NCBI GenBank assembly: GCA_976551045.1
Contig: CDPCPM010000028.1
Span: 5,456,001 to 5,520,000, forward strand
DNA: 64,000 bases
Reading direction: 5' to 3'
From: Glaucostegus cemiculus
Lineage: Eukaryota
A program made the translations under genes and the position numbers. The notes beneath the pieces are model-generated. The model did not search any database. It saw nothing but the letters and a program-made list of their open reading frames with translations, and had not been told where the DNA came from. Positions 37,415 to 50,572 of the stretch are shown here, piece by piece (position 1 is the first letter of the stretch; each line of letters starts with the position of its first letter).

Positions 37415-37718
37415 TCAGAGTTATACAACACAGAAACAGGACCTTTGCCCCACTGAGTTCATGCTGAACACTCACACTGTTCCCATTTTAATCTCCCAAA
37501 ATTCCTACCACTCACCCACACACTAGGGACAACTCAGTAGCCAATTAACCTGCCAATGAATATTTGGGGTGTCGGAGGAAATTGGACCACCTGGAAGAAA
37601 CCCGTGTGATCACAAGGAGAACAGGCAAACTCCATGCAGACAGGATTGAGGTCAGGATTGAACCCAGGTCACTGGAGCTGTGAGGTAGCAGCTCCAATGG
37701 CTATGCCAACTGTGCCAC
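37415..37718 (-). mobile_element. Older V-SINE
   Basis: ggagaacaggcaaactccatgcagac...ggattgaacccaggtcactggagctgtgagg. Confidence 0.75.
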
Positions 37719-37844
37719 TACATGTCTGTGGATAACCTTGTGAAAAATATTATCATTTGCTGCTTTTTTTTTTGAATTGGGAGACCTACACTCTTACATA
37801 CACTCCTAAATCTACCTTCCTTAACAAAAATGTTTTATAATGTC

Positions 37845-38460
37845 AATAGCCTTCCTTAGTCAGGGTATTGAGTTCAAGAGCCACAAGGTGATGTTGCAGC
37901 TCTGGTTAAACCACACTTGGAGTATTGTGTTCAGTTCTGGTTGCCTCATTATAGGAAGGATGTGGAAGCTTTAGAGAGGGCGCAGAGGAGATTTAACAAG
38001 ATGTTGCCTGGATTGGAGAGCATATTTTAGGAGGATAAATTGAGTGAGCTAGGGATTTTCTCTTTGGAGAGGAGGAGGATGAGAGGTGACTTGATAGAGG
38101 TGTACAAGATGATAAGAGACATAGACTGAGTGAACAGTCAGAGACTTTTTCCCAGGGCGACAATGGCTAACACGAGGGGACATAACTTTAAGGTGATTGG
38201 AGGAAGATATAAGGGGGATGTCAGGGGTAAGTTGTTTTTTACACACAGAGAGTGGTGAATGCATGGAACACACTGCTGGCAGAGGCTGTGGGGGCAAATA
38301 CATTAGGGACATTTAAGAGACTCTTAGATAGCCACATGAATGATGGAGAAATGGGGGTCTATGTGGGAGGGAAGGGTTAGATAGATCTTAGAGCAGGATA
38401 AAATGTCAGAACAACATTGTGGGCCAAAGGGCCTGTACTGTACTGTAATGTTCTATAATT
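37845..38460 (+). mobile_element. CR1 LINE 3' end
   Basis: [18 protein letters not shown] and FSLERRRMRGDL coding; tail gggccaaagggcctgtactgtactgtaatgttctat. Confidence 0.93.
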
Positions 38461-39053
38461 ATGTGCAACCATTGCTTTAGAAGTGTTATTGTGATAGAAA
38501 TATATCCCATTAGCCACTTCTACAATTGGCCTGAAAATAGATAATCCCTGTAGATGTCCAGAGTATTTAAAAGGCCTATTAGATATAGGTAGTAAATACA
38601 GTTTTGTTAATCTTTAAAACATACTAGCTATCTGGAACACAAAAGAAAATCAGGGCAGTTTTGATTAACTGGCTGCTGTTTCTATATTATAGAATGGCTA
38701 CGCTGAACTTTGTTTCAAGGGCATTCTAATTTAGATTAACAAGAGTCAGCATTTGCTGAAACGTAAAGTGGGAAAAAACTGGTCTTGTGATAGGCATTTG
38801 GCGATATGGGAGTCCGTTCTTGTTCTGCATAGTTGGCAAAACAGGTCAAACTCTTCATGGTGCCATTGTTAACTGTGTACGAGCATGACTTGGTTTCCAT
38901 AAATAAGAGTTGCATCACAGCTCAGCACTCATGACACTAATGTTTAACCTTTTAAACTGATATCTTGACTATTCTTACTCTTGTCATGTTAACATGTTAT
39001 ATTCAAATAACAAATAGAGGAACTTAAGAATTACTGCAAAGGATTACCTTGGA

Positions 39054-39097
39054 AGTAATTCTTAATAAATTCTTAATAATAAGTAATTCTTAATAAA
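39054..39097. repeat. Short tandem duplication (aagtaattcttaataa units)
   Basis: aattcttaataa occurs three times. Confidence 0.8.
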
Positions 39098-39972
39098 CTG
39101 CCCATTCCTTTGACTGGGGAAAGATCCCATGGCATTACTTCAAGACCAGTAGAATTATCACCAAACTCCTGGCCAAAAATTAATCTTTTGCTGCTCTCAT
39201 TAAAACAAACTGTCTAGTCAATATCACATTACTTTAGGTAGGAGATGGTTGTGTCCAAGTTGGCACCTGCTACAGTGCCAGACTTCCAAAGTACTACATT
39301 AACCGTCATTACTTCGAGGCATTTTGAAAGAGAGATGAAAGATATTATAGAAATACATCTTTCTTTTAAAAATGCTTTGGGGAAATTAAAATATGAACTA
39401 GCACATGCAGAGCCTGGGACAGAATCTGAATGGTAGGCGATCAATACAAGTGCAGCTAACCTGAGGCTCCAACATGGAAGTGAGTGTGGTATTTAATTGT
39501 CTTGTGCTCTGAGTCAGATTAATTTATATTAAAACATTCTCACCTCAAAAGAAATATCCATTAAGTAAGCTGAGCATTCCAACAATTCTGTTATATTCCA
39601 ATTTGTATTTCATCTGTGAGCAAAACCTCATTTCGCCCCGTGAGTAAATCCAGTAATTGATGACTACCTGTGCAACATTCTGAGTCTCAAAACATAACTT
39701 TGTTCCATAGATTTTGTAAAGGGAGTTCAAACATGGTGAAATCAATACCACAGACCTAGAATCTTGATAATGATAAATAAAGTGGGTTCTAGCATTTCAA
39801 CCAGCACAAAGAAGGTCAAGGAGGGTGTCTTCCAGGAAGTTCTCACTGCAAAGTCTACTATTAAGGGTAAATGAGGCTTTGGGATAGAGTAAAGAACTCA
39901 CTCAAAGACAAACCTTTCAGTTGGGTCAAGCTCACAGAAGAACAGTGTTTAAAGCCAATTTGTTCATTAAGA

Positions 39973-40184
39973 AATCACTACAGTTTAGCAACACTATGAT
40001 CACTTTGCACTGAAATGGGTTTGTTCTAATTGTGTTCTTTCTTGTAAAAATTGTGTATAATTTATGTTTTCCTTGCAAATGCTGCTTATATGATGCTATG
40101 TACCTGCGATGTTGCTGCAAGTAAGTTTTACGTTGCACCTGTGCACACGTGTACTTGTGCATGTAACAATTAACTCTACTTTGA
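39973..40184 (+). mobile_element. Rex1/Babar-like 3' UTR
   Basis: Reverse-complement match to 2598-2830. Confidence 0.8.
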
Positions 40185-40687
40185 AATATAGTCACACAGC
40201 ACTCAGCAACAGCATGAAACGTGGCTAAGGTTTCATCTGGATAAATGAGATCAACTCTTCAATGTTCCCAGTTGGATAGATTGCTTCCAACAATGGTCAA
40301 AGACCTATAAAAATCTGAAGCTGACTTCAGCCAAATGTCTATCAGAAGCCACCATGACAATGTATCAATATCTCTTGCCACAATTTTTGCTGTGTTGTGA
40401 CAATTTGCCTTGAACACTTCTTAAGGATTATTGTAATCTTTCTACATGACATAGCTGTGAATCAATATTGCCTGATTAAGTTTCAGTCAAAGGCATTCAA
40501 TAATCAGGAAAATGCATTTGTGCATCTCTGGGGACTCTAAAACTTCCAATATTTCTTAAAACAGTTCTTGAAGGACCATGAGGAACCACATGATAATTCT
40601 ACAGTTCTGGGTTTCCACCACAAGCGATGCCTTGATGAGATGTGCATTTTGGCTACTCCTCTGGTGACAGAGTAAGAATTTATTCCA

Positions 40688-40888
40688 CAAATAAAAGCAA
40701 AAAACTGTTGGAGATACTCATCAAGTCAGCCAGTGTCCGTGGAGAAAGAAAATGAATAAACCTCACAGATCAATGACCCTTCAGAACTGATTTAATTCTT
40801 GTTTTTTTAAAATGCTGCTTGCCCTGAGTATTTTCAGCTTTTGCAGTTATTGTTACTGATCTCCAGCATCTGCAATTTTGTTTTATTT
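40688..40888. mobile_element. Head-to-head pair of Penelope-like terminal modules
   Basis: 40688-40790 on minus, 40810-40888 on plus. Confidence 0.6.
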
Positions 40889-41394
40889 GTTGCTTATGCC
40901 AAAATACACCACAGAATTTCACTGTTTTTTTGACAAATGGATTTAAACTACAAAATATAAATAACAGCAACTGGTGAAATTAATACAATTACCATGATAG
41001 CGGGAATTTAATTGGGTGCCTTTATCTGTACATAAAATGTAGCTGAACAAGTACTATCTGATGTAAGCTATATTTAGGGTTGATAATTTTTCCATCACTC
41101 CAGCCAAGCCTTTGGAATAGCTGTCAGTAGTAAGGACGCATTAAACGACAAAGCTTTGATACAGCAGACTTCTGAAAAGTTATCTTTTGAATGGGCTGTA
41201 ATTCACGTTGATAGTATCAGTACTATTTTTAATAAAGATTAATTTACAGAAGAATGTTAATTAATAAATATCCATATTTTCTAATATAGTGGGTTTTCCA
41301 TGTACCTATCCACATTACAGTGCCCAGAAAGAAGGGTTCTGATTCTTCACCAGCTACCAAATAAATTGAGCAGAAAATAAAAAAGGTTTGCAGG

Positions 41395-41735
41395 TGTGGA
41401 AATTCAAAGGAAAACTGCTGGAAATCTAAACTCCGGGAATATCTTCCTGCTCTGCATTTTACAACTCCTACATTCTTTTATCTATGTTCTCACTCTCCAA
41501 CTGTTCCCATTCACTCATTGACCAGATACATCTTACCTCCATGGTTACCCTGGATTTACTCTATTGGAGATACCCCCTTGCCCACCCTCCCAGCAGTTTA
41601 ATAAGCTCTTCTGTCTCCTTTAAATTCTGATGAAAGGTCTTCAACCTGAAATGTTGACTCTGTTTCTCTTCCTCCAGATGAGGCCTGAGTTGCTGAGTAT
41701 TTCCAGCATTTTCTGTTTTTATATTAGGTTTGCAG
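41395..41735 (+). mobile_element. Penelope-like 3' UTR and terminal module with a hammerhead-like core
   Basis: ctgatga-a-aggt-cttca-acct-gaaa-tgtt at 41627-41655; short inverted copy at 41395-41430. Confidence 0.7.
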
Positions 41736-42374
41736 ATGTATGGAGCTACATCTGTCAAGTGATTTTTAAAAAGAATGAATAGATTTAAATGTTACACCAT
41801 TAAAAATAAATTGCCTTGACAACATCAGAATCAATTATGGCTCTTTGCACATAAATTTGTAAGCCAGTAAATATTGATGCAGTTTTATCCATTTAGCTGC
41901 AAAAAAGTAATATTATAAAAGAATTATGATTTCAAGAGTAAAACAGAGCAATTGTAAAAATAATTTTTTCTCTAATTTGTAGAAAGATTTCAAAACATGG
42001 TGCATCATTTGAGTCCAGTTATAGCTCATCCTAGTATTTATCCGATTAAGGCACTGTAGTTTTGATCATTAAGATTTATCATTTATTTATATGGAGGTTA
42101 TAGGTATCATGGTTATTATGAAAAGATACATATGCAGCATAAAGCTAAGACTTATGTCAGGTTTTCAGACCAAAGGACATATACACAAGAAACTGCTTAC
42201 TGGTTGCCTTCAAAACTGTACCTAATACAATTAAGGAAGGAAGTGCTTGGATTTATTTAGGCACGTATCATAACTTCAGAACATCCCAACAGATTCCACA
42301 TCAAGTGACGTATTTTTGCAGTGAAGTCACTGTTGTAAATCAGGGATGTGGCCAGCTCCCACAAACCACTTCTA

Positions 42375-42600
42375 TTTTCAGACAGTCCCTCAGAATCAAG
42401 GGTGACTTCCACTCAAGGTTTTGTGGGTTCTGAGGTGACTAATCAGGTCAAGTTGGGAAGCAAAGACTCTTCCAGAGATAGGTCAGGAGGTGGCTGATGG
42501 TGGGCGGTTAGTTTATGAGGTGGTCTGCTCCTTCCCCTCCTTACATAGAGCTTTTGTGTGCTCCCAATACAATGTGGTTCTCAATACCATTCATTGTCGT
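42375..42600 (-). mobile_element. RTE-like LINE 3' end, degenerate
   Basis: cagtccctcagaatcaagggtgacttccac resembles an RTE terminus; recognised by eye only. Confidence 0.4.
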
Positions 42601-42614
42601 ATAGAAGTCTTGTG

Positions 42615-43015
42615 TTTTGAAGGTATATTTTATGATGTAGGGGATTACAGCCAATGAAGTACATTGAAGTTTGGTAACTATTCTAATGCAGGAAGATATG
42701 GCAGCAAATATGCACATGGCAAACTCTCATAAACACCAAAGTGATTTGTTTTAATGACATTTACTCAGGGATGGACATCATATCAAACACTGAGGATAAC
42801 TCCATTGTTCTTTTTTTCTTAAAGATGTCATGGGATCTTTTAGGTCGACATAAGAAAGCAAAAGCAAAACTGCCATCTTTCAGTTTAACTTCTCAACTGA
42901 AAGATGGCAGTTCCAATAGTGCAGTGTCAGCCTGATTTATATGTTCAAACCTCTGGAGTCGGACTTGAACCCATGACTCATCCATTGAGAGGCAACAGTG
43001 CTAGCCATAGAACCG
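42615..43015 (-). mobile_element. Deu-type SINE
   Basis: ctctggagtcggacttgaaccc (B box), catgggatctttta, acagccaatgaagtac. Confidence 0.6.
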
Positions 43016-44869
43016 AGACTGAGGTGGTAACATAAATGGTTCTCCATTTGTCTGCCTTCTTTCATTCACTCAACAATGGTAAGTGTATTTTTGATAATTA
43101 TGAAGACATTGCCCCTTTAACAAATACCTTAAGATGCAGACTCTGCCAGGCGAGAGAACATAAAGTGTAAATTTACTGAAAGCACGTTCTAAGCTGTAAG
43201 CATGATGCTGATAAAATCAAATTCTCATACAGACATGTAGTATATTTAAAGTGTGCACATAAAATCTATCCTTGGATCCCCACATATACACTAGAAAAGA
43301 TGAACAGAGCTTGCAAAATTTAAATCATTGCCACTCCACAAGAGATTTTATGACCTAGAGAATCCAACTAAAAGTGTGACAGTCATCTAAATACTTCACA
43401 AATTATGTTTTTATTGCACTAGTTATATTTTTAGAAATATACCAATTATTAAACTTCATTAGTACCTCAATTAGTTAGTGACCTCTGTCATGACCTTCAG
43501 TACCGGGGACACAAGGTTGCACGAGACATGAGATGTTAATGTGACAGCAATTTATGCAGTTTTTGTCTTCTGCCCATGACACAAATAAAATTGCTTTCAG
43601 CCATGATAATATTGGAAGAAGCAAACACAAAACAAAGGTGCACATGTATAGCACAGTTTAAAAATACAAATTGGTTGTGTATGGTGTGAACTAAAGGGTT
43701 CAACTCTTTAACATGAAGAATTTAGTCTATTGTCGATGGATGATGCTATTTCTTTCACTTGCTCTGTATCCCATATGAATGAGGCCCCAGTAGGGCCATA
43801 GTGCAAAAGATGATGACCTTCATTCACATAGATGGCTGTACGTGGTGAATTAAATCAGCATGTTATCATGGCAAATAGCGTGTTGCAAATACATAACATC
43901 TTTTATTTTCTTGACCTTCATGATCATTCATTATAATGCAGGAAGGTCAAAGTAAAGTGGAATCAGAAAACATACAGGGGGAGAGGGGAAATCATAATGA
44001 TTACGGCAAAGCCAACTCATGCATTGTTGATATGTATTCTGTAATCCTCCTTCTCTTTAATCCGCCACCCTGAACCAGCCCCCTATCCCCACCCCTCTCT
44101 CCCCAGAGGCCACTCGTTCTGGCTCTTGGCTGGGACAACCTCTTGTTTCCATCTCCATTTTATTCACTATTCATGTTCCTAAAAGGGATATCACCAGGGA
44201 AATTATTTCTGTTGTGCAGTGTTTCAGGTGGGTAGTGGGAGAAGCAACAATCCAACCAACATCCTGTGCTGGAAGTGGAAGACAATTCATTCAGCCATGA
44301 GGAAAACATGACTAAACTCACCTCTGTTTGCCTTTCCTCTGTCATCTCATAATTCAAAATGAGTAGGTGGAATGCACAATCCATTTCCTTTATGGCTGCA
44401 AATAACATGAGCACTGGTAAACTGCAATTGATAAAGGGATGTTGCATTTGTCTTTTAAGGTCCAGGCAACCTCATGACAGGACAGATAAGAGTTGATCAC
44501 AAATTATAGCAATCAACTTTAATCAACTAATCTATAACAGAGACCAATATGAAGCATTGGTGAAGACCTTGAGAATAGGAGGTGCAAAAGCTTCTTTCAA
44601 ACCACCTATAAACTGTATCGCAAACTATATACTGCAGGGCTTCAAGAAAGCAGCTCACCGCCACCTTCACAAGAGCAATTAGGGATGGGCAATTAAATGC
44701 TGGCTCAGCCTGCAAAGCCCACATCTTTTAAATGAATTAAATAAGAATGTTTTTTTTTTTTAAGAGTTGCTTTTGAAGAAATCAATACTGATTCCATTTG
44801 AGAAATCTGGTCAAGACCTACCTCCAGGGGCAACTTTTATATAGTGCATTATATTTTCTTACAACATAA

Positions 44870-45157
44870 GAAGAGCCATTCAGTGCATTGAATCTACGCC
44901 AGATTGCAAAGCAATCCTATCAGTCCCTTCATTCATTTCCCTGCAATTTATCCTCTCTCACATGTTCATCAATACTTCACTAAACCTCCATCCACCCACC
45001 CACACCAGGAATAATGTACAGTAGTCAGTTAACCTATCAGCGCATCTTTCACCTACACAGTCACAAGAAGAATGTGCAAACTCTACACAGACAGGACCAG
45101 AGATTGAGATTAAACCCAGGTCACTGGAGGTGTGCAATAGCAGCATTACTGCTACAC
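44870..45157 (-). mobile_element. Older V-SINE
   Basis: gaatgtgcaaactctacacagac...aacccaggtcactggagg. A divergently oriented sister copy lies at 45465-45655 (+). Confidence 0.65.
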
Positions 45158-45656
45158 TCTGAATTTACGTCCATTAATCTGCAGTCTTATTTCATTGCAC
45201 TGGTCATGGTGAGATAGCTCCTGAAGGTCTATTACCCAGATTCTTTAAAATTGTTAAAACAGCAACTGTCCTTACTGTGAACATGCACAAGTAGAAATCC
45301 TCCTTATAGGGAAATGCATCCACACTTCAAGCATATGAATATGTAACATTTCAATAGCTGTATTATCTATTTTGTATTTTGGTGACTAGAGTTCGGTACT
45401 GCATTTCAAATTCAATTGCTGCAATCATTTTGGATGAATATTGGCCTTCTTCCCAGCTCTGAGGAAGTGTGGTGACCCAGCTGGAAGAATGCACAGCTCC
45501 AGTAACCCAGGGTGATCCCAATCTCAGGTGCTCTCTGCACATAGTTTGCATGTTCTCCCTGTGATCCCACAGATTTTCCTGGAGGTCTAGTTTCCTCCCA
45601 TATCCCAAATACATGCAGATTTGCAAGTTAGTTGGCCAATGTAAATTACCCCTTTA

Positions 45657-46180
45657 AGCTAACTCCATCTGCCTACATGTGGTCTATAACCTTCCATTCC
45701 CTGCCTGTTGCTGTGTCTCTCTAAATGCCTCTTAAATGTTGCCAACGTATCTGTTTCCACCACCTCCCTTGGCAGCCTGTTCCAGGCACCCACACTCCCT
45801 GCATAAAAAAATCTGCCTTGCAAATTTCCTTTAAACTTTCCCCTTCTCACCTTAGAGCTATGCCTACTAGTATTTGACATTTTCATGCTGGGAGAAAAGA
45901 TTCCAACTATCTACCCTCTCCATGCTTTATATATACTACTATCATGCTCCAGCACTCCAGAGAAAACAAACCAAATCTGTCCAACCTCTCCTTATTACTA
46001 ATACTCCCCAATCCAGGCGACATCCTGGAGAACCTCTTCTGCACCCTTTCTGAATCCTCCGCATCGTTCCTGTAAATGTGGCAACCAGATCTGCAGACAG
46101 ATGTGGCCTAATTCAAGTTTTATAGAGGTGCAACATGACTTCTCGACTTTTATTATCAATGCCCTGGCTGGTGAAGGCCC
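45657..46180 (-). mobile_element. CR1 LINE 3' part
   Basis: SVGAWNRLPREVVETDTLATFKRHL...GMEGY. Confidence 0.85.
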
Positions 46181-47439
46181 TCTGCGTTTTACATTTGGAG
46201 AATTTCAGATATGACTTTGGGAAGTTAGTAGAGTTCTTTTCTTTATGACTATCGATAGTAATTTCCCAAGGAGACAAAGGTATACCTTTGAAAAAGGAAA
46301 CAACTGAAAAGCTCTGGGGACAGAGCAGGGGAGTAGGACTAATTAGATTTTTCTTTCAAAGTCTTATCATATCCTCTAGATATTCCACAGCATTTATAAT
46401 CCAAAGGGTTTCCCTGCTGTTGTATAGATCAACACAGTATGATCTGTCAAATAACAAACAAGATCGTGGTCTCATATCTGTAGTATCTGGACTCATTGTA
46501 CAGGTAGAGGAAATTCTGTCCATCGTGCCTCTGACATCTCTGGGAAAGATTTCTCACAGTCCAGTTCCCATGATCTCTCCATTGTCCTTTTTTTAATTTT
46601 GCCAGATTGAAGGCCTGCATCCATTCAGTCTATTTTGTGGCTTCAGTACATTCCATTAACATTTTACTAGTCATAGTTGTAATGTCACAGCCAATTTGCA
46701 GACTAGGTGAACCCGCAAACAGTAATGTGATAAGCACTAAATTATCTGATTTAGTGAATTATACTTTGGAATTTCTATATCCAGCTGGGAAAACAGACAA
46801 GGCCACATCCAAAAGACGCCACCTCCTATCGGTGGATCACTGCTTCAGACAGCCCAGAATTTATGATCTGGAATGTAATTTCAATCAATAATCTAGAGAC
46901 AAGAGTTTTGCCAGCTGATCACTGTTAATGCTTGATTTATGTACATTTAAACTAGGTTAGCAACAATGCAGTCCATTAACGCAGTGCACCACACTTTGGG
47001 GATGAGGGTATAAAATTAAATGCAAGTTGATTGTTAAGATCAGCAGTCCTTCCCTGATTTAACAATTTTCATTTTCATACCAGCCTTTAATTTAATACAA
47101 TATGTCATATTTGCTATCAGAATAATGGTGAGATTAGCAGCACTTAACATTATTTATATACAAGTGCAAAACCTGTTCAGGTAAGCAGTGGACATGAGGT
47201 CAAATGACAATGTAAAGTGCTGCCCTAACTATATCACTCCACAACTGGGTTCATTAAAATTAAGCCTCATTCTCCACTTTACCGTCATACTGAACGGAAT
47301 GAAATTGATGCACTTTAGTTGCGGACACATGCTATACTCAAGCAATATTTTAAGAATGCTATGAAAATGTAACTTGTTAAATTTAGTGCCTACCTGATTT
47401 AAAAGTCAATTTATGGTTACTTTATCATAATGGCCATCA

Positions 47440-47582
47440 TCCCTCTCCACTCTCAGTCTTGATGCACCATCTCAACCCAAAACATTGACAGTTCTTTTCC
47501 CTGCACAGATGCTGCTTGTCCTACTGAGTTCCTCCTCATTAGTTTATTTGTTGCTCCAGATTCCAATGGCTTCCTGTGTCTC
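47440..47582 (+). mobile_element. Penelope-like terminal module
   Basis: cagtcttgatgc...ctcaacccaaaacattgac...cacagatgctgc...gagttcctcc. Confidence 0.6.
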
Positions 47583-47710
47583 TATTGTTAAGTTTACACT
47601 CTCTCATCTCCAAAGTGTGGCCCAGTGCATGAATTGACTGCATTGGTGCTCATCTTGTTTTAATGTGCATAATTCGTGCATTCTGCACTCAGAATTCTGC
47701 ACTGCACTCA

Positions 47711-47962
47711 GGGCGGCACGATAGCGTAGCGGTTAGCGCAACGCTATTACAGTGCCAGCGATCGGGGTTCGATTCCCGTCGCTGATTGTAAGGAGTTTGT
47801 ACGTTCTCCCATGTCTGCGTGGGTTTCCTCCGGGTGCTCCAGTTTCCTCCCACATTCTAAAAGATGTACGGGTAGGTTAATTTGGGGGTTTAAAATGGGC
47901 GGCGCAGACTCGTTGGGCCGAAAGGGCCTGTTACCACGCTGTAAATAAGATTTTTAAAAAAA
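47711..47962 (+). mobile_element. Young V-SINE, tail type A
   Basis: Near-identical to 32417-32672. Confidence 0.93.
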
Positions 47963-48211
47963 ATTTTGTTAATTATCAGTGGCTCAGCAGGCAAAATTTT
48001 GTCTCCCAGTCAGTAGATTATTGGTTCAAGTTACATTCCAGAGCATTGAGTATCCTTTAATAACATGGTAAATGTTACTCCCAATCAACCTTGCTACCTC
48101 AGAAAAGTAACAATTAAAAGGTCTGGTATCTTATTCACTCAGATGTTAAATGTCATTGAAGGTTTTAAAACTAACATTTATTTTTCTTCCGTTTTTCTCT
48201 CTCTCTTAATA

Positions 48212-48484
48212 GTGTCATAGAGCAATACAGCACAGATACAGGCCCTTTGGCCCAATGAATCCATGCCAACCACAGTGCCCACCCAGCTAGTCTCAATTTC
48301 CTGCATTTGGCCCATATCCCTCTAAGCCCCGACCCTCCATGTACCCATCCAAGTGCTTCTTAAATGATACTTTTGTACCCGTCTCAACCACTTCCTCTGG
48401 CAGCTTGTTCCGTATACTCACCAGCCTCCGCGTAAAAAAGCTGGCCCTTCTCACCCTAAATCTATAGCCCCTCATTTTGGACTA
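48212..48484 (-). mobile_element. CR1 3' end
   Basis: FFTRRLVSIRNKLPEEVVETGT..FKKHLDGYM...EGYG. Confidence 0.85.
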
Positions 48485-48537
48485 AAAAGTTTTGTCAAGC
48501 ATGACTTTCCATGCACAAAGCTATGTCGACTCCCCCG

Positions 48538-48607
48538 AAGTTCAGTCGTTGGCACTCTATGCTTCTCAAGCAAAGTTCGGTCGTTGGCACTCTACTCTTC
48601 CCAAGCA
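48538..48607. repeat. 35-bp tandem duplication, 2 copies
   Basis: aagttcagtcgttggcactctatgcttctcaagca / aagttcggtcgttggcactctactcttcccaagca. Confidence 0.85.
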
Positions 48608-50572
48608 ATATTGTTTTGCCTACATTGATTGAATCAATGATATTTATAAGAAGCAAATTTAAATAACAAGCAAAACCTGTCCACCAATTATTTTGTTGAA
48701 AAAACAGCAAGCCAGCAGCGAATGGCTACATTGCTGCTTGATTTTATTTTTATATATAAAGAGGTATTGAAACATTGAATAGTTTTCTCCATGCCTTGAA
48801 ACAAGAAAGTTAAATGAAGTGCATGTTTGCCTCTTTAGTGCAGGCAGATCCAAACCACACCTACCAAAGACAAAGAACCACATTACATCAGACTTAGATT
48901 ATATCACTCTGCTTTTTTGACTGGACATATTTAGCTGCGTGGCCACACCATCCATCCCCTGGCTCCTCACCCTATCCCATCTCTTCACCTCCCAGAGCAA
49001 CAAAAAAAGAATGTTACCCTCATGCCTTCAGTCAATTCAGGGATGTTATGTTAGTAATTCCTCTCCAGTTTCTCAATGGCAATAAAACATGTTCTAAGGA
49101 TGTCAGCTATGTCTCTCAGTTGCTACATCAAAAAGTAGCATGTATAAACCCAACCTCAGGTTCTTGAATGTACAACCTAAATGGATGCTTCAGTTACACA
49201 GAGCTTCCAGAGGAGTTGGTCACCCACTTCTCCAACTCCTATCTCAGCTAGGTTTACGCAAATGGGAAGAAGAATTAAGGAGTCCTTCTTCTGGTCTAGG
49301 ACAACCACTATTACTTAAACAGGTTATGCAGTCAATATCACATTTTTGTTTGTGGGGAAAGGAATGGCTACTTTACGACTGTGGCTACACTTGATTGTGA
49401 AGGGTTTTGACACAACCTGAGCTTAGGGGGGTGCCACTCAAATACAAATGATGATGTTTCTCTGTCCCATCAGTAGCAAAGCTTGGTGTAAAAAAAAACT
49501 GCACAGCCCTTTCCCCCGCCTGGCCAACCATTTATATGTTTAAAGTGACAAATATCTTGAGACTCATCTGTGCTTGGCAGATTGAATTCTGTAGTTTCCT
49601 CCAATGTTTGATTCATGCAGAACTTTAGGCAACTACTGCTTCCCAATTGCTCACTGGAAAAATATCTCGAGAGAAAAGCAATCTGCAGAGCTCGATGGAA
49701 ACATTAAATAGCGTTTGTATTCTGTCACGCTTAGTGGAAGGAAATGGTCTTCTCATTTCATAGTTCCATGAGAAAGTAAAGAGAAAATTGCATGAGGAAC
49801 TTCTGCACTGAAATCCCTTCTAAAATGTCATGAATTCCTTGCAATGTGATTCATGTACAATTTAAAAAGGATCAAAGTAAAATCTTAAGATAAAACTGCT
49901 CTGAGGAAAAAAACATGTCATTTGTTATAGCACTCATGAAAAAAAGAAAAGAAGGCCAGCAAACTACAATCTACATGCCACAAGGCTTTTCTGTTGACAT
50001 TTTTCAAACCTACCATGGGAAATATACTTTGGGCAACAATTGGTATCCTGAGTGTAAAACTAACCCAACAGATTATCCCTCTGCTATGGGAGCTGCCACT
50101 ATCCATTCCAGTGGTTTGAAGGCCCAAAAAAAATACATCCTTTCATACAGAATGGAAAGGGTCCTAAGATATATCATTCATACATAGGTTATGTTTTGCA
50201 GAGAACAAAAACTTGACCAGAACACAATCATCATAAAGTCGTTTACTTCCATTTCACAACCAATACGTCTTATTGGTTGTTTTTCCAATTATATCGATCT
50301 TGGAGAAATACAAAGAACTAGATGATTTGGCAAGTTTCTGATTCTAGAAAAGGCAACTATCATATTTAATACCTTAGAGGTTTTGTATTCAAGATTAGGG
50401 TCATAGAATTATTCAGTGTGGAAAGAGGCCCTTCGGCCCATCTGGCCCATGCCAACCAAGATTCCCAGCTAAGCAAGTTGAAGCTAAGCTTGTCCCATTT
50501 GCATTGGATTCAGCGTGGGATGTGTGATATAATTCAAAAGTTCAGATATTTTCATGGTCAGCATCACAAAAA

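Noticed and set aside
43900-43960. pre-miRNA hairpin
   Set aside because: The stem is short and bulged; it is better explained as two inverted nuclear-receptor half-sites.
48538-48607. CRISPR-like repeat
   Set aside because: Two adjacent copies, no spacer, no cas genes, vertebrate context; it is a simple tandem duplication.
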